Shown here piece after piece: positions 1 to 14,244 of a stretch of DNA of 64,000 bases. Every line of letters starts with the position of its first letter. The first letter of the stretch is position 1. The translations under genes were made by a program, and so were the position numbers. Under the pieces are notes generated by a model that saw only the letters and a program-made list of their open reading frames with translations, was not told the origin of the DNA and made no database searches. This DNA comes from Adineta vaga (lineage: Eukaryota; Animalia; Rotifera), in the NCBI GenBank assembly GCA_021613535.1, contig CP075497.1:7378001-7442000 (forward strand), in the 5' to 3' direction.

Positions 1-1002
1 CACATGTAGATAAAAATTTACTATGAGAAAACGATGTTTTCACGAATAACATGATTCAATGAAAAATCATGTATTCTCTACTACCATTCATTTTTCCGAG
101 GTGATGTCTAGTTAACATGATTTCCCAGAAGATCAACGAAAAGATTCACAATTGTACTTGTAATGAAAGAGATGACAAAAGTTGAATAGTAAAAAGATCT
201 CTTCAACAATTCGACTGATATAAAAATATAACCGAAAATGTTTCTCCGTGAATGACTTTGAAATGAAGAAAAGTCGTGTTTATCAATAGTGACTTTCTCA
301 TAAATTAGTAATTTCCAATAAAAATCTGACAAGGTTGAAAAAATAAATTTAAAAATGAAAGAACTTACTTTCTGACTTGTTGATATTAATCAATAGAAAT
401 GAAAATTTTCTAACTGTTGAAATATATTTATTGATTGAAAGAACATTTAACTATTTCTATAGAATTTAACTATATCGAGCGTGTGTATTCCGATAAACGA
501 TCGAACAGTAAACAGATGAAATAACAAAAAGAAAGAAATCAAACTATAAAATCATTGATAAAAGACTCAGATATTACTGATTTTCATTAAAAAGAAGGTT
601 CTTATTCCGAAGATCTCAAGATAAATAGCGATATACTATCAAGTGGATTTATTTGAATAATGTCAAGAAATTGTGACTATTATGGTAAGTTAATGTTTTC
701 AGATGACAAATGATGTCTTCAATAATTTGTTTCCGAGTTGCTATGAAATCAAAGTTTTAGTAACGATGATTGTCAATTAATAATATGCTTTAATAGCAAA
801 AGAAAAAAAAAGAAAGTAAAATAAAATATAATAGAAGAATTTTAATAGAAAGAGAAAATAAAATGCATATAAATTCTCGATAGTCAATGAAATCAATCAT
901 TATATTTATATCGAGCGAAGAGGGTTGATATACTTATTCTTTGCAGAATCATCACCACGTACTGTTATTCCTGCGAATAAATATCATTCAGAAGAACATC
1001 AA

Positions 1003-1654
1003 ATGGCTCGAGTGTATGTTTAGATCTATATACATATATATATATGTATCTTTACTCTATATGAATATTCTCAATTTCATTTAGAAATGTTGTTGTTATA
1101 CAACCAGGTAAAAGTGTTTGGCGTTTTGAACATTCATGGTCGCATTCACTTTATTCTTGTTGTACGGATGTTAAAGAATGTAAGTGTAGATATGAATAGA
1201 AAGAGTGAAGAGAAAATCGATTACCGTTGAAATTATTTAGGTTGTTATGCATTCTTTTGTCCATGCTGTTTCGAATGTGATATATCTAAACGTGCAGGTG
1301 AAAGTAGGTGGATATGTATGTGTCCTGGTGCAAGATTTGCACTTCGATCAAAGATTCGTACTGCATTCCGCATCGAGGTAATTTGTCTTTGTAAAGATAA
1401 TCTTAGTTGAGAAAAAAAAACATAGTTTTTCTTGCAATCATACGAAGATTAAATTCCATATAGTTAAAAGTTCTTGTCGCTGAAGTTTTGCCTCTAAATC
1501 TATCTTCTACTCTTTTATTATTTTTACCATTAATGGGATTTTCGTTGTTGTTGTTTTTTAGGGTGATTTAATTCATGATTGTTGCGCTACAACATTTTGT
1601 GGTTGTTGTGCATCCATTCAACTTAAGCGCGAACTTCATTATCAAGGTCTTTAA
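1003..1654 (+). CDS. PLAC8/cornifelin-family Cys-rich protein (4 exons, absent from ORF track)
   Basis: Manual splice gives ...WRFEHSWSHSLYSCCTDVKEC/CYAFFCPCCFECDISKRAGE...ARFALRSKIRTAFRIE/GDLIHDCCATTFCGCCASIQLKRELHYQGL*. It has the PLAC8 hallmarks W..sL.sCc.D, FCPCC, R.kiR..f.I.G...DC and Q..REL. The start codon is uncertain. Confidence 0.85.
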
Positions 1655-1821
1655 TAAAATATTCACGTATGATTATCTTTATCTAAGTCCACTTCTATGT
1701 CTACCAAATAACAAGTCCTTATTTGATGCAAACAAATTCTGTTTTACAATACTTTTATTTTAATGTACAGAGTATATATTTATATAAAAATAAACATGCT
1801 CGATTACTTGATGTCTAGTGT

Positions 1822-4800
1822 TCAAAGTTGATTCAGACATGATTGTGCATCATATAATGATTGAGAACATTGTCGTTGAAAAAACAATTTCTTTAAATTA
1901 AGTTCGACAGATGATAATATGCGTTTATTAAACAATGTTTCCAAAGCTGTCCACATATAAGTTTGATAGAATTCATTTTTTGGTAGTTTGAAAGCTGTTG
2001 AGTTAAACCAAAGAAGTAAATGAATACAATCACTCACACGAGATATAGATGGACGCTAAAAAGAAATATATTTTCAGATGAAATAAACTGAAAAAGAAAG
2101 CTGATAAACGTACTTCTTTTGGATTTTTACGTAACATTAAATGAACAAGATTTTCAATAGTTGACGATGCTAATGGTGAAAGAGAAGGTAATTGTTGATC
2201 ATTGTACGTTTCCTGTCGAAGTGTACCATGAAAAAACGGATTTGGTAGAGAGAAAAACTCATAACATAATGCTCCACTTGCCCAAAGATCAGCTTTTGTA
2301 TAATCCAGAAAACTTTTCGGGCCTGGCTGACAGGCGATGATCTAAACACAAGAGTATTATTTCATATTTCATTCCAACAAACATTTTCCTGAAACTTACT
2401 TCTGGTGCCATTAATGCCAGATTTCCGCCTTTACAAATTTCATCCGTAGGATATGGTACTCTTAAATTTGGTGGATGATGTAATGCACAGCCAAAATCAG
2501 CTAATACTAATTCACCTGTTGAACTACATATTAATAAGTTATCACTTTTTAAATCTCTATGAACAATTGAATGACGTTTCAAATATAATAATGCTTCAAG
2601 TAATTGTGCAAAAAGTACTAAACGTTCGTGATTAGTTGGTTTATTCAATCGAATATATTCACTTAATGTTAGATCATATCGTCGCATAACAATAAATAAT
2701 GTTTTATTTCTTCCACAACCGTCTGGTGATAGACTTGATGGTATAGCCATTGGATAATATTCATGTGCTTCATTTAACAATGGAAATGAATCAACAAAAC
2801 ATGAATACATCCGAACGACATTTGGATGATAGGAACATTTACGTAATGGTAATAATTCTTTATCCATTGCTTTTTCTAGTGCTTCAGCATTGGATTGTAT
2901 ACCATAGTTAAATAACATTTTAATTGCTAAATTGAACTTACCAGCTAGAAATATGACAAAATATGAGTTTTTAAAGATAGTTTGGTTAAAAGAATTTATA
3001 CCTGGTAAAATATCTGAATCAGTAGTAGATGTTTTATGCATATTCATTGAAGCACGATATCGAACTATAATTAAGGGGAAAAAAAGGAGATAAGACGATT
3101 ATCTAAATGTGATTTGACATTAAGACTTAAAGAAATCATTGTTTTTCTTTCTTCATTCATTCTATTCATAGTGTCAATATATTTACCATTTCAATCTTTT
3201 CATAGACATTGGAAAATGATTTGATTTATTACATTTCTCATCAAAATAAAACATCTGTTAAGCGTATAATATACTGATTATATCAATAGTTACATAAAAA
3301 AATAACAAAAGATATCTCCAAGATAATAACAATAATGTTTCATTACAGTCGTATTAGGAAATGACCTTTCATTTCTTGTCTGTAAAAAGTCTTTTCTCTT
3401 ATCATATATTTTTCTTTGACAAACTATTTTTATTGACACTTCTAGTTGCTCATTGTGAGACCTTATATCAAGGTGAATAGCTGTTAAAATAAAAATCCTT
3501 ATGAATGTAGCCTTGTCTATATAATTGTAATTATTAGTTCGAGTAGTTAGTAAATAGAAAATACAAGATCTTCAAGTCTAGTCGATACATACCTTCTTTT
3601 AATGTCAATTCATTGAGTTGTTCTTCATTATCAAATGTATCTTCATATAATGAAGAAATCGTCGATGATTGCCGTGAAAGAATTTCAATATCACTATCAG
3701 TGTGATTTTCTTCAGTAAAACTAAAATCTCTTGATAAACGAGATGTTCTTTCAGATGATCTGCGTAATCTTGCTTCGTAGACAGCAGCATTGCAACCATA
3801 ACCAAGTAAACGACCTAATTCGAAATCATCGAGCGATGCTCGATTATATTGATCGTTTTCATCATGTAATGAATCCATGTTTGTAGTTTTTGATAAAAGA
3901 TCGCCAATTTTATTGATATTTTGATCCAAACGATGATGATCAAATGTATTTTGTGGAAGAAGTGAATAACCAAGAAGACCTAATATAAGTCGGGAACTAG
4001 TCGGAGCTATAACAAAAGAAGAGTTACAATAGTATGATTGATTACCATATTCGTTAGAGAAATACGAGAACGAAAAACAAACGGAAGGAAGAAAAAACGC
4101 ACTTAGTACAGGAAATTTCTTTCGACTTGTGTCAGTCTAAACATTGACAACTATGTCGAACTGACGAATGGAAACATCGCATGTTTATAACAGTCAGTTT
4201 CTTTTATTACTTTCACTGATATTTAAATATACTATGACGGATGTGATTGAAGACTTAGACGTTTACAACTTGATATAATCTTCTGCTTAATAAGAGCTAT
4301 CGAAACGAAAGAATAATAGATGCCTATATTGGAGGTCAACTAATCTTCAAGAAGAAAGAGAATGTACGTATGCGTAGATGCAGCTCAATAAAGATTATAA
4401 TTCGGTTGAAATTGGTCGATGAACTATGATGGGAGGCAAAACTTGTAACAGTTGTTCCGTGTGTCATCTCGTATCATTTTATCTCATCACATCATCATTG
4501 ATGTCTGTTTTTTCTCTTTTCTGACAGACATTTACTACAACATTTGCTTTTCTCTTTAGATCAGTAGTCCATTGATAGAAGAAAGAAAGAGAGAAGGAGA
4601 GAGAGAGAGAACGAGAAAGAAAAAGAAACGTATTTGCTCGTTCGTTCACCTCATTTGCAACTACACAAATGTTGAACAGAGACGACATGCACTTGTCTTG
4701 GCCTGCTTATTGGTGATTTGTGCTATGTACTTGTACAAGATGAAAAAAAAGAAAAGAATTCATTTTCTCTCTTGCTTTCTCTTTCATTGGTTTTATGATT

Positions 4801-5300
4801 GCTACCTTTCCTCGTCAATGTAGTACGAGTTCGTTTTTTTATTTAATTTCATAGCAGGACAACTGCAAGAAGTCTTCGTTTTTCTTCTATTGAATTCTCA
4901 TTATTTTCGAGGGTGTCAAAGAATTAAAAATAGCGATATGCATAAATGTATACGAAAGAGTGTATAACAAGAAGAAGAAGAAGAAGAAGAAAAAGAAAGA
5001 ACAAAAATACTAACCAGCAAAGAATAGCCGTCGTTTGATCTCATTGAGTGCCGCCCGAAATGGTAATAAATTAGAGAGATTTTGTTGATAATGACCAATT
5101 GATGGTCCATTATGTGCAAAAAATGACCGATAAATCGATGGAAATAAATAAAAGCGCACGGGAGATTTTGGATTAACTTGTATATCTTTATTAATATGTG
5201 TAAGATCATAATTTCGAGGAATAAATACGGGTTTTAACGGACGTGAAATAATTGCTCGACTTATTCGAACAATCATAGTCGCTGCTCCTTTCAAAGCCAT
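1822..5300 (-). CDS. PINK1: PTEN-induced kinase 1 (mitochondrial Ser/Thr kinase)
   Basis: Arg-rich presequence-like exon 1 (MALKGAATMIVRISRAIISRP), GYGCNAAVY Gly-loop, AIKMLFNYGIQSNA, GRNKTLFIVMRRY, HRDLKSDN, ADFGC, GGNLALMAPE, DYTKADLW. These match PINK1-specific motifs. Confidence 0.93.
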
Positions 5301-6224
5301 TGTAAACCTGAACAATGATAAGAAAAGAAGGAGAAGCAAAATATCTACAACAGAAAAAAAGATTGCGACATTTCGACATATGAATAATCACATGAAATGC
5401 ATTTCATCATCTAAAACAAAATAAATAGTAGGATAAAAATAACCCTAGTCAGGTATCTCGTCACATACATTTTCTTTACAAAGAGAAGAGGAAAAAAACA
5501 AATCTAAAATCTTTTTCGTTCAACAAAATTTCGAAATTTCAAAACAAACTATTCGTTGTTAACTAAAACAAGAATGAGATATGAATTGTTCAGAAAAATA
5601 ATCTCAAATATTATCCTACTCAAAGTAAGGATCAGTATCTTAGAGCAAAAGTAATGTCACGTGTGTATAATTGTGAAATACGAAATATCGTAGAACTAAA
5701 GATACTAATATTACTTAAATCTCATATATCAAAGCTTTATGGAAATAATGTCAAATTCTATCAGATCGAACATATCAGTCTAATAAAATTGACACAATGA
5801 ATGAAGCTTTTCCAATTAATCATCGATTGTTTTTCTATTTCCTAAAACTGAAATCATCCTCTTGGTTATTCATGACTCAATATTCACAATAAAGATTCGT
5901 TGTTAACAATAGCCAATCAAAGACAAGACATTCGACATCTACTTCAAACTTCCTATCGTTTATGTTTCTCTACTCAATAACAATATGGTTTATTCTGATA
6001 AGAATAGAGAGATTTAACTTTATATGATTAAATTCGACTATAAAACCATTTTGATATTGAAGAGCGACATCAATTTTTTTGAGAAATACGTCAGTTTTTT
6101 TATCGTTGAAAATATACATATGTAAAATAGTCATTTTTTTTCAGGTAGTTGTTCTGTTCTTTTGATGGACTATTGTCAATATTAGTATATAAAATTGCAT
6201 CACGAATTGAAATCAAATAGAACT

Positions 6225-7983
6225 ATGACAGAAAAATCATCTGATTTGATTGATAAACAAATAAAAATGTTTGATAATGATCCACCGTCCAATTTACATG
6301 AATTTCGAGTAAATAAATTCTTTCAATCACATATTTTTTATCTAAAAATTTATTTTATTTTTCTTTCCAAGGAAATGGTTGATGTCGCACTTCAATTAGA
6401 TGTAACTTCACAAACGAATAGTGAAAGTAAGCTGAATAATTCTATGTAATTGATTGTTTTATTTTTAATTCATTCTTTTAGATCTCTCAGTTGATGAACA
6501 AAATATCAATGAAGCCTTGTTATCATTAGATAGTTGTGAAGAAAATTCATCTGTCAATGGAAGCAACACGTCAACTGCTGTATCAGTTGCTGAATTACCA
6601 AGTGGAATTACTGATAGTTTAAATGTTGCTGCTAAACAATTATCTTTTCTATATGATAGTGTTGTTAGTACAGTAACAACTGAAACTGGTGTAGAATTGA
6701 ATGACGGTATAGCTGAAAGAGGCCAAGAAATTTCCGATGGTTTTGTTGAAGTTTATACAGAAGAAGAAGAAGAAATTGGTAAAGAGAATATAATACTTTC
6801 GATTAGATGTCCAAAAGACGGGGATCTTTTTGTCTTCTAGATCTATTTGAATCTTCATCAACGATTCCTAAAACAACGACAAATAGTAATCAACCTCATA
6901 AACGACATATCATGATTAGTTATAATCGTTCATCCCGTGAAACATGTCAACGAATTTATGATGGTCTTGTGGTAATTATTGATGTTTAGATGACTAACTA
7001 AATGTTATTTTTTATTCTAATTCTTTTAGAATCAAAATTATAAAGTTTGGATGGATTTAACAGATATGGCTGATGATATTCTTGCTAGTATGGCACGAGC
7101 TGTAGAAAATTCTTATATTGTTCTTCTTTGTATTAATCAACAATATTATGAAAGTGAATATTGTCGATTAGGTAAATAGAAAAATTTTCATCTAAAGGTT
7201 TATCAAAAAATCATATTGTCTCATTTTTCTAGAAGCTGAATATGCAGCTGAAAATCGTATTAAATTTATTCCATGTCTAATGGAAAAATCTTTTCGTGCT
7301 CAAAGTTGGTTGGGTATAATTAAAGGTTCAAATGTTCATATTGATTTCTCTTCATTGGATGATTTTGATCAATCATTCGACGAATTAGTCCGTCAAATTA
7401 CATATGTAGAAAAAAAATTATCTTTACAACCTCGTAAGTTTATCGTTTTTGTTCCTCAACAACTAAACTCAATCTTTTCATTTTGAATAATCAAGGTCGA
7501 ACACCTGCGCCCGGACCAATGATCAATCCAATGAAATTTGCGGTGACGTCTTCAAAACCTACCGCAGCATCAACATTGACAAATGATGTTAATTCTCGTC
7601 GTTTTGATGCGATTATTCATCAATATAAACAATCGATAAAAAAGAAACGACATCATATAAATCGTCTAAAACGAAATGAATTATCGGATATAATTTTAAA
7701 ACTTCGCCAAGAATTATTTACTGAAACTTCTCAAGTATTAACAGATGGTGAACAATCAGAGGAAGAAGATGACAAACAACATAATGACGAACGATTTCTT
7801 CAACAACTTTTAAATCGATCGTTAGATCAAAATGAATTTTTATTGAGATTAGTCGATCGTTTAACCACACCACAACCAATGGAAGCAAGTAATATTCAGA
7901 ATTTGAATATGGATGGAATTTTTAAAGTGATAATAGCGATCATGCTTTTATGGACATTAAATATATTATGCCAAAAAGAGTAA
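6225..7983 (+). CDS. TIR (TIR_2-type) domain protein with acidic N-terminus and C-terminal transmembrane anchor
   Basis: Spliced HIMISYNRSS...KVWMDLTDMADDILASMARAVENSYIVLLCINQQYYESEYCRLEAEYA...IPCLME...SWLGII...IDFS is a typical invertebrate TIR_2 domain. C-terminus IFKVIIAIMLLWTLNILC is hydrophobic. Confidence 0.88.
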
Positions 7984-8573
7984 AGAAATGTTCTATTGTT
8001 TTTTATAATTAGTTAATGGAATCTTTGTTTTATTTTTAAAACCTGTGATAATATCAATAAAAGATTACAACGGAAGTTTATGTGATTGTAAAAATAAATA
8101 TTCGAGCTAAATGCTTTGATTAAAACTAGATCTTTTCGCATTTTTAATACAAACAACTACAACTTGATATATCATTTCTGAGACATTTATGAAACGAAAA
8201 AGATCATATTTATTTATTATACTAACACATTAATGAGTATTGATTCTAAGCTGTAATTTGATCGTCTATATCAAATATCTCCAATCACGTATCGTTTTCA
8301 TAAGAACCAAGTACTCAATGACATTGAAACATGTTTTTCTTTCTCATATATGCAACTGAACACACGTGTATCATGAAAAATAAGTCATAGTATTCTATAA
8401 AGTCATTATAATATATTCTTGAAAGTTTTTCTGATCAGAAAAAATATAAGACTGATAAAAAAAAGAGACACTCTATCTTAAGTAGTGAGAACACTCATAC
8501 ATACAAATATATAGGTACATTCAATACACAACAAATGAAAAAGAAAGAAAGAAAATGATCAGTTAACAAATCA

Positions 8574-9416
8574 TTAACAAGTGTTTAAATTGAGTGCATT
8601 CGACATGTTACAAGTTCCATGTGGTTGTTTAAGTACGATCATTGTTACTCGGAAATAGATGATCGAAAAAACAATAGTACTAATAAGTACAATTACAGCA
8701 GCAGATATTTGAATGAGCAGAATTTGACAATAGAAAGTCATTTCACGTGTTGGTTCATTGACCTTTGTTAGACATCGTTTTCGATATGATTCGCTATGTA
8801 AGAATAGTTCAGTAATCGTAAACATCAATGCTACAAGGTGATAGAAAGAAAAAAAGAAATCTAAATCAAATATTGATTGTTATGTCCTTACCAACTAATT
8901 GAAAAATCAATACAGCTGACGTCTGATGACGTTCGCGATCGGTACCAATAACTAAAATGATAGGAATAGTTTATATGAAATAAAGAATATACATTGTTGT
9001 AACAAACCAAGCACAAGAATAGATGCACCGGCAAGTGCATAGATAACTCCACACCAAAGTCCGAGAGCAATATCGAAAATCAATAATTCAAGTGTAAGAA
9101 CAATTAATCCAGATAGAAATTCAAAAAGGCCGAGAATAGCTACTGATGCGATGGGAAGTTTTCTTTGAAATGATGGTGTAAGTGATTTTAAATTAGTTTT
9201 AAGTTGATCCAAAGAATTACATTCCAATGATATATAGACGGACGCTTGTTGTGTATTGTTGTTAGATAATGATTGTACAGGTGACGAAGGGATCGTCTCA
9301 TAATGATAAACACTTGGTTTAGTTAGAGTAGTATCTATTAGAAGATGAAAGATTTCAATGAAATTTAACGAGTAAATTTTGAAAAAAAAAGCAAACTAAA
9401 ACGTACTTTCATACAT
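8574..9416 (-). CDS. Four-TM membrane protein, MS4A/CD20-like (4 exons)
   Basis: Four hydrophobic segments with LGLFEFLSGL and GLWCGVIYALAG (MS4A-type G.W.G....iaG motif), plus a Cys pair in the second outer loop. Confidence 0.65.
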
Positions 9417-10403
9417 TGAACAGTAAATTTAAAATTTGCACTGATACAAACAGCATGTTCATGTCGAACGAACGAAAGATACGAATGATCATGAATAAAA
9501 CTGAAAGAAATAGAATTTCGAATGCACACGTGTTTTTACGAAGGATTGAACTAAGAAATACAATTAAGAAACAAAAATGCACATGTTATTATTAAGGAAG
9601 AACGTTTCTACTATAAACTTTATCCCTCGATTTTATGACCAGTATAAATCACAACTTTAACCTTGAAATATAGTTGAATATTCAAATGTAAATATCAAAT
9701 CAGAAAGCATCTGTATGTTTATGAAAGGATACTATTTCATATCACTGTTTTCGTGATGATACTTATTCTAATATCAGTAATGGAAAAACTAAATTCTATG
9801 TAAGAAAAGATTTACATTTGTAATTTGATGCTTTATTTTTTAATGACAATATGTCCGTTTTCTTAAAATGCACTTTATCATTTATTAAGACGGTGCGACG
9901 TTAGGAGCATCGTATTATTGAGTTTCTTTGCGTCTTTTTATTCTTTTTACTATTTCTAACGCGATGATCTAGAAAACTGAATGTTGCTCAACTGTCACAC
10001 AAACGTTATCGAGAAGTTCGGGTATTGAATATGATATATCTTTCGTTCGATTTTCTATACGTATTCGGTTTGTCAAAAATAAAACACAAGTGCTAAGTGC
10101 CTGACAATTAGCTGAAAAAAGAATTAATCGACACAGCGACATCGTTTATTTCATTGAAGTTCATAAGTATTCGCAGAGATTCTCAACTTTGTCGCATGTA
10201 TTTCGCAATCGAGCTATGCTCGAATGCCTCTCTAGTTGAAAGAAAATAGTCATGCATCGACCATTCGATCGCTTATTTTTTAGTATATTTTTATTTTGTA
10301 TTTCGTTCGTTTTTTATTGATTGTAAAGTGCTATTTAACGAGCCACAGTTACCGAATAATATATATATATATATATATAGGTACTCGTCATTGGTGTTTC
10401 AAC

Positions 10404-11567
10404 ATGCCATCATTAAAAGTAATAGTGTCTGACGAAAAAGAAAACGAAGATGATCTAGAACGTGTATGTACTCCGGATGAACCATTAATTTTCCTTCCAT
10501 CAGCAATATCAACAGTTAGTATTACTGATCGGCCTGTGGAAAAAGGTCATGTATCGGAAAAATTCAATCGATGTACTCAATTTTCTGGTGCTTTCTATAC
10601 ATTATTAGGATCATTTCTCTTTACATGTACAGCTTTTTCGATTAAACAATTAGGTGTCGATCTACTTGATGCATTACTTTTACGTTTTGTTATTCAAACT
10701 TTAATCACATTTTCATATGTACGTTATAAACAATATCCAATATTCTTTGGTAATCGTACTCAAATATTTCTACAATTTCTTTGTTGTGCAACAGGGGCAG
10801 CAGGACTTTACTTATGCTTTATTGCTATACGTTATGTTGAATTATCTGATGTAACAACACTAAGTTATACACGTGTAGTATGGACGGTGGTTTTTAGTAT
10901 ATTTATTTATCGAGAAAGACCATCATGGAGTACATTAGTAGCTTTACCAATAACACTTCTCGGTGTTGTTTTTGTTGCTCAACCAAGTTTTCTTTTCTCA
11001 TCAACAGTATCTTCTATGAATGGTAAACTTCGTATACTTGGTTTAAGTTTATCAATGTTGAGTTCGTTTACGGCTACAACAAATGTTTTAACATTCAAAA
11101 AATTAGTTTGTACTTCGAAAGATATTAAACCAAGTGTTATTAATTTTCAATATTGTGTTGCTGTTCTTATTTCGTTACTGATCAATCAATTCTATAAAAC
11201 ATTTATTCTTCATACTGGTCTTACATTAAATTTCATACTTTCATGGCGATATATTCTAGCATCATTGGTTTGTTTAATTATGATTTTAGTGAATATTATA
11301 ACACAAAAAGCAATGAAACGCGAACACCCAGCAATATTTTCACTTCTTGGTTCAGCTGATATTATTTTTTCTTTAATTCTTCAAAATATTTTTACTTCAA
11401 AACATTCAAATTTATTTGCTTTACTTGGTTCAACATTAGTCATTTTTAGTGTAGTCATTATTGGCATGGCAAAAATTCTCAACGAAAATTCTGCACATAA
11501 AAAGATCAAATTAGTTAATAATGATCTAACTATGAAAGATTTCGAAGAAAAGATTGGCAAATGTTAA
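10404..11567 (+). CDS. SLC35G-type EamA/DMT transporter
   Basis: About 10 TM segments with LLLRFVIQ, YVELSDVTTLSYTRVVWTVVFSIFIYRE and LLGVVFVAQPSFLF, typical of SLC35G1/TMEM20. ATG at 10404 follows an acceptor near 10380. Confidence 0.85.
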   Translation: MPSLKVIVSDEKENEDDLERVCTPDEPLIFLPSAISTVSITDRPVEKGHVSEKFNRCTQFSGAFYTLLGSFLFTCTAFSIKQLGVDLLDALLLRFVIQTLITFSYVRYKQYPIFFGNRTQIFLQFLCCATGAAGLYLCFIAIRYVELSDVTTLSYTRVVWTVVFSIFIYRERPSWSTLVALPITLLGVVFVAQPSFLFSSTVSSMNGKLRILGLSLSMLSSFTATTNVLTFKKLVCTSKDIKPSVINFQYCVAVLISLLINQFYKTFILHTGLTLNFILSWRYILASLVCLIMILVNIITQKAMKREHPAIFSLLGSADIIFSLILQNIFTSKHSNLFALLGSTLVIFSVVIIGMAKILNENSAHKKIKLVNNDLTMKDFEEKIGKC

Positions 11568-11910
11568 GATGTTTTTTGTTTCTCTTTAGATTTTTATCTT
11601 ATTTAAGCAAATAAAAATAAATCAGAAGGAAATTAACAGTCGTTCTTCAACGAAATGGTTTTAAACATGAATTTATTATCAAATTCAAACTTAAAAAAGA
11701 ACATCCAAACTTAATAAAAAAAAACCTTTTTTCTCTCATACTAATTTTTTTTTCTTAACTTTAACACATAACATAAACGAGTAATATTCGAACTCTACAA
11801 ATATAATAAATAGGTAAAGAATCATAAAAAAAAACAACACAACAACAATAATAATGAAAAGAAAAATTAATAAATTTTTCTTTTCTTGTTTTGTTTTGTT
11901 CTCAAATCGT

Positions 11911-14244
11911 TCAATCCGATTCATAAAATGAAATAGCATTTTCAACAAAATAATCAGATATACGTCTACGCATAGCATCGACATCTTGTCCAAAACCAAC
12001 TAATGTTAGTTGATTTTGTTTGACTTGTAAAAGTACACGTCGTCGTCGAAAACCACCTGGATTAGAATAAAGTTCACGTACATATGCATGCCACGATTCA
12101 CTTGCTAGACAACGTTTATCATCTTTGTCTAACATTATCGAACGAACACGTATATCATGACGAAGTATGTCATAGACACGATCACACCCATCACGTGTTA
12201 AACCATATAAAACGAGTTTATGATGAGTATTGATTGACGATGACGAATTATGATTGGGTATTTGTCCAAGACTATTCACATTCGGTGTTGGAGATACTGC
12301 ACTTCGTCGATGATTATTACTAATTCGTTCAATCTCATAAGCACATACATGATCCGTATTAGTTAAATAGGAAATTATTACTCCGACTAAATAAAATAAA
12401 AAGAAGATTGACAGTAACTTGTTCATTTTGTTTTTACTTTGAAAATTCACTTACCAGTATCAGGATTCGATAAGAACACTGCCATTTCTTTGCCTATACT
12501 ATAATGTTTATGAACAATTCCATTAAGAATTGATTCGAAATAATTTTTACAAACAGCGACTTGATCAGGTGGACCACGTAGATGAACACGTCGTCCAACT
12601 CGATCAATATCAATCGTTAAATCCATATAAGTTCGTCGAGCTAGATCAACAAAACGCATTGATAATAAATCAAGTTGATATAAACGTAATTTATCAATAT
12701 GATCATCAATTGTTACATTTGATAATGGTGGTGGTAATTCAATATCAGGTGTACTTTGTGTTAATGGTGATGAACGAAGTAATAGCGATGATCGTTGATT
12801 ATTGACTTTGGGATCACGTGTTGTACTCACTGGTTTACTACGATAGACAGCATCATTTAAAGGTATATTATTATTTGAAGTATGTGTTGTTCGTGGTCCA
12901 GAAAGCATATCGGTTAGTTCATTTAAAGCTCGATCAAGATGTTCTTTCAATGCTGTTACAACAATATGATTGGGTTGACCTTCTGCTGGAGTTAATTGCA
13001 TTAAACGAGTATTATCTTTCAATGAAAGATCAGCTAGTTGTTCTTGACCAATCGCAGGAATTTTATTATTATTCCACGGTACTTTTTGTATAGCCAAACG
13101 TTCCGTAAGAAAATGTTCAACTAATTTTTCGACATCTTTTGTCCATTGAAAACGTTGTTTCACTGTTGAACGTGGGCCATTAAAGATGATTTCTAAGAAT
13201 CCTTCAGTTTGTAAACTAACAAAACCATTTAATGGTTTCAATTGTTCGCGAAGTTCATTAAGTAATGGACGATTTTTAAGTAAAAATAAATAGCGACTAT
13301 CATCACATATACGATAACGAATCGGATCAGGTTGTTTACCTACATTTGATGCATCTGTAAATGGTTCGATACCCATATGTTTATAATAAATACGGACATC
13401 GAGTCGATGACCATGTATCAAATGTTCACGTTTTGTTACTCGACGTACATCTTAAATATATGAAAGAGAAAAAAAAATTGATTTAGTAAAAAACGAAATG
13501 ATTCGTCAAGAAAATGTTTTCATTAAGAAACCTTTGTGATCAGAAAATGTGACAAGTGCATGTTGATGTTCAGCGTCCAATGTGACATCAATAACTCGTC
13601 CACCATCACTACGACGTCGATTGGAAAAATACAATTCAAGTACATCACGCGATACATCCGATGGTAAATTTCGTATCATTACAGTTGCTGGTGGAGTGAC
13701 TTCTGCTAATGAAATCTCTGATTCATGTAATTTTGAACGAGTTGAATGGCGACGACGTACTTCTGCCATATCTGAATAAATAATAGTATTAAGATCATTA
13801 AGAGAGAAAAAAAATGAATATTCTTATTCAAAACTAACCAAGTTCAGTTTTAAATGTAACCATTACAGTTGTATCATCAAGATTAGAATAATCAATACGT
13901 TCTATTTCTGCTTCACCTGACAAATGTTCGATATAAAGTTCAAGATATTCACGAATAAGATCAATAGGTACGTTAAATAAAATTAAACGACGAAAATCGA
14001 CATCGTTTGAACGTGGTAAAGATAAAGAATTATTTATTTTTGAACTTTTAAATGGTGGTACACTTGGTCCAAATACTGTTGCATCAATAGAATTAATTGA
14101 TTGAGGACTATTCATGGCTGAATATTGAGGTATTAACAGTGATGATGATGAAGATGTTGATAATGACGGAACAGTTGGATATTGATGATACGGTGGAGGA
14201 TAACGCGTTTGTATTGGTGGTGGTGGGGACACTTGCTGCATCAT
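11911..14244 (-). CDS. PARP14/PARP10 N-terminal-like RRM + KH-like protein without catalytic domain
   Basis: Two RRM/NID-type repeats (EYLELYIEHLSGEAEIERI; DVLELYFSNRRRSDGGRVIDV...ALVTF), then KH-like units (VHLRGPPDQVAVCK; LTLVGFGQDVDAMRRRI). Four exons; stop at 11911. Confidence 0.6.
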
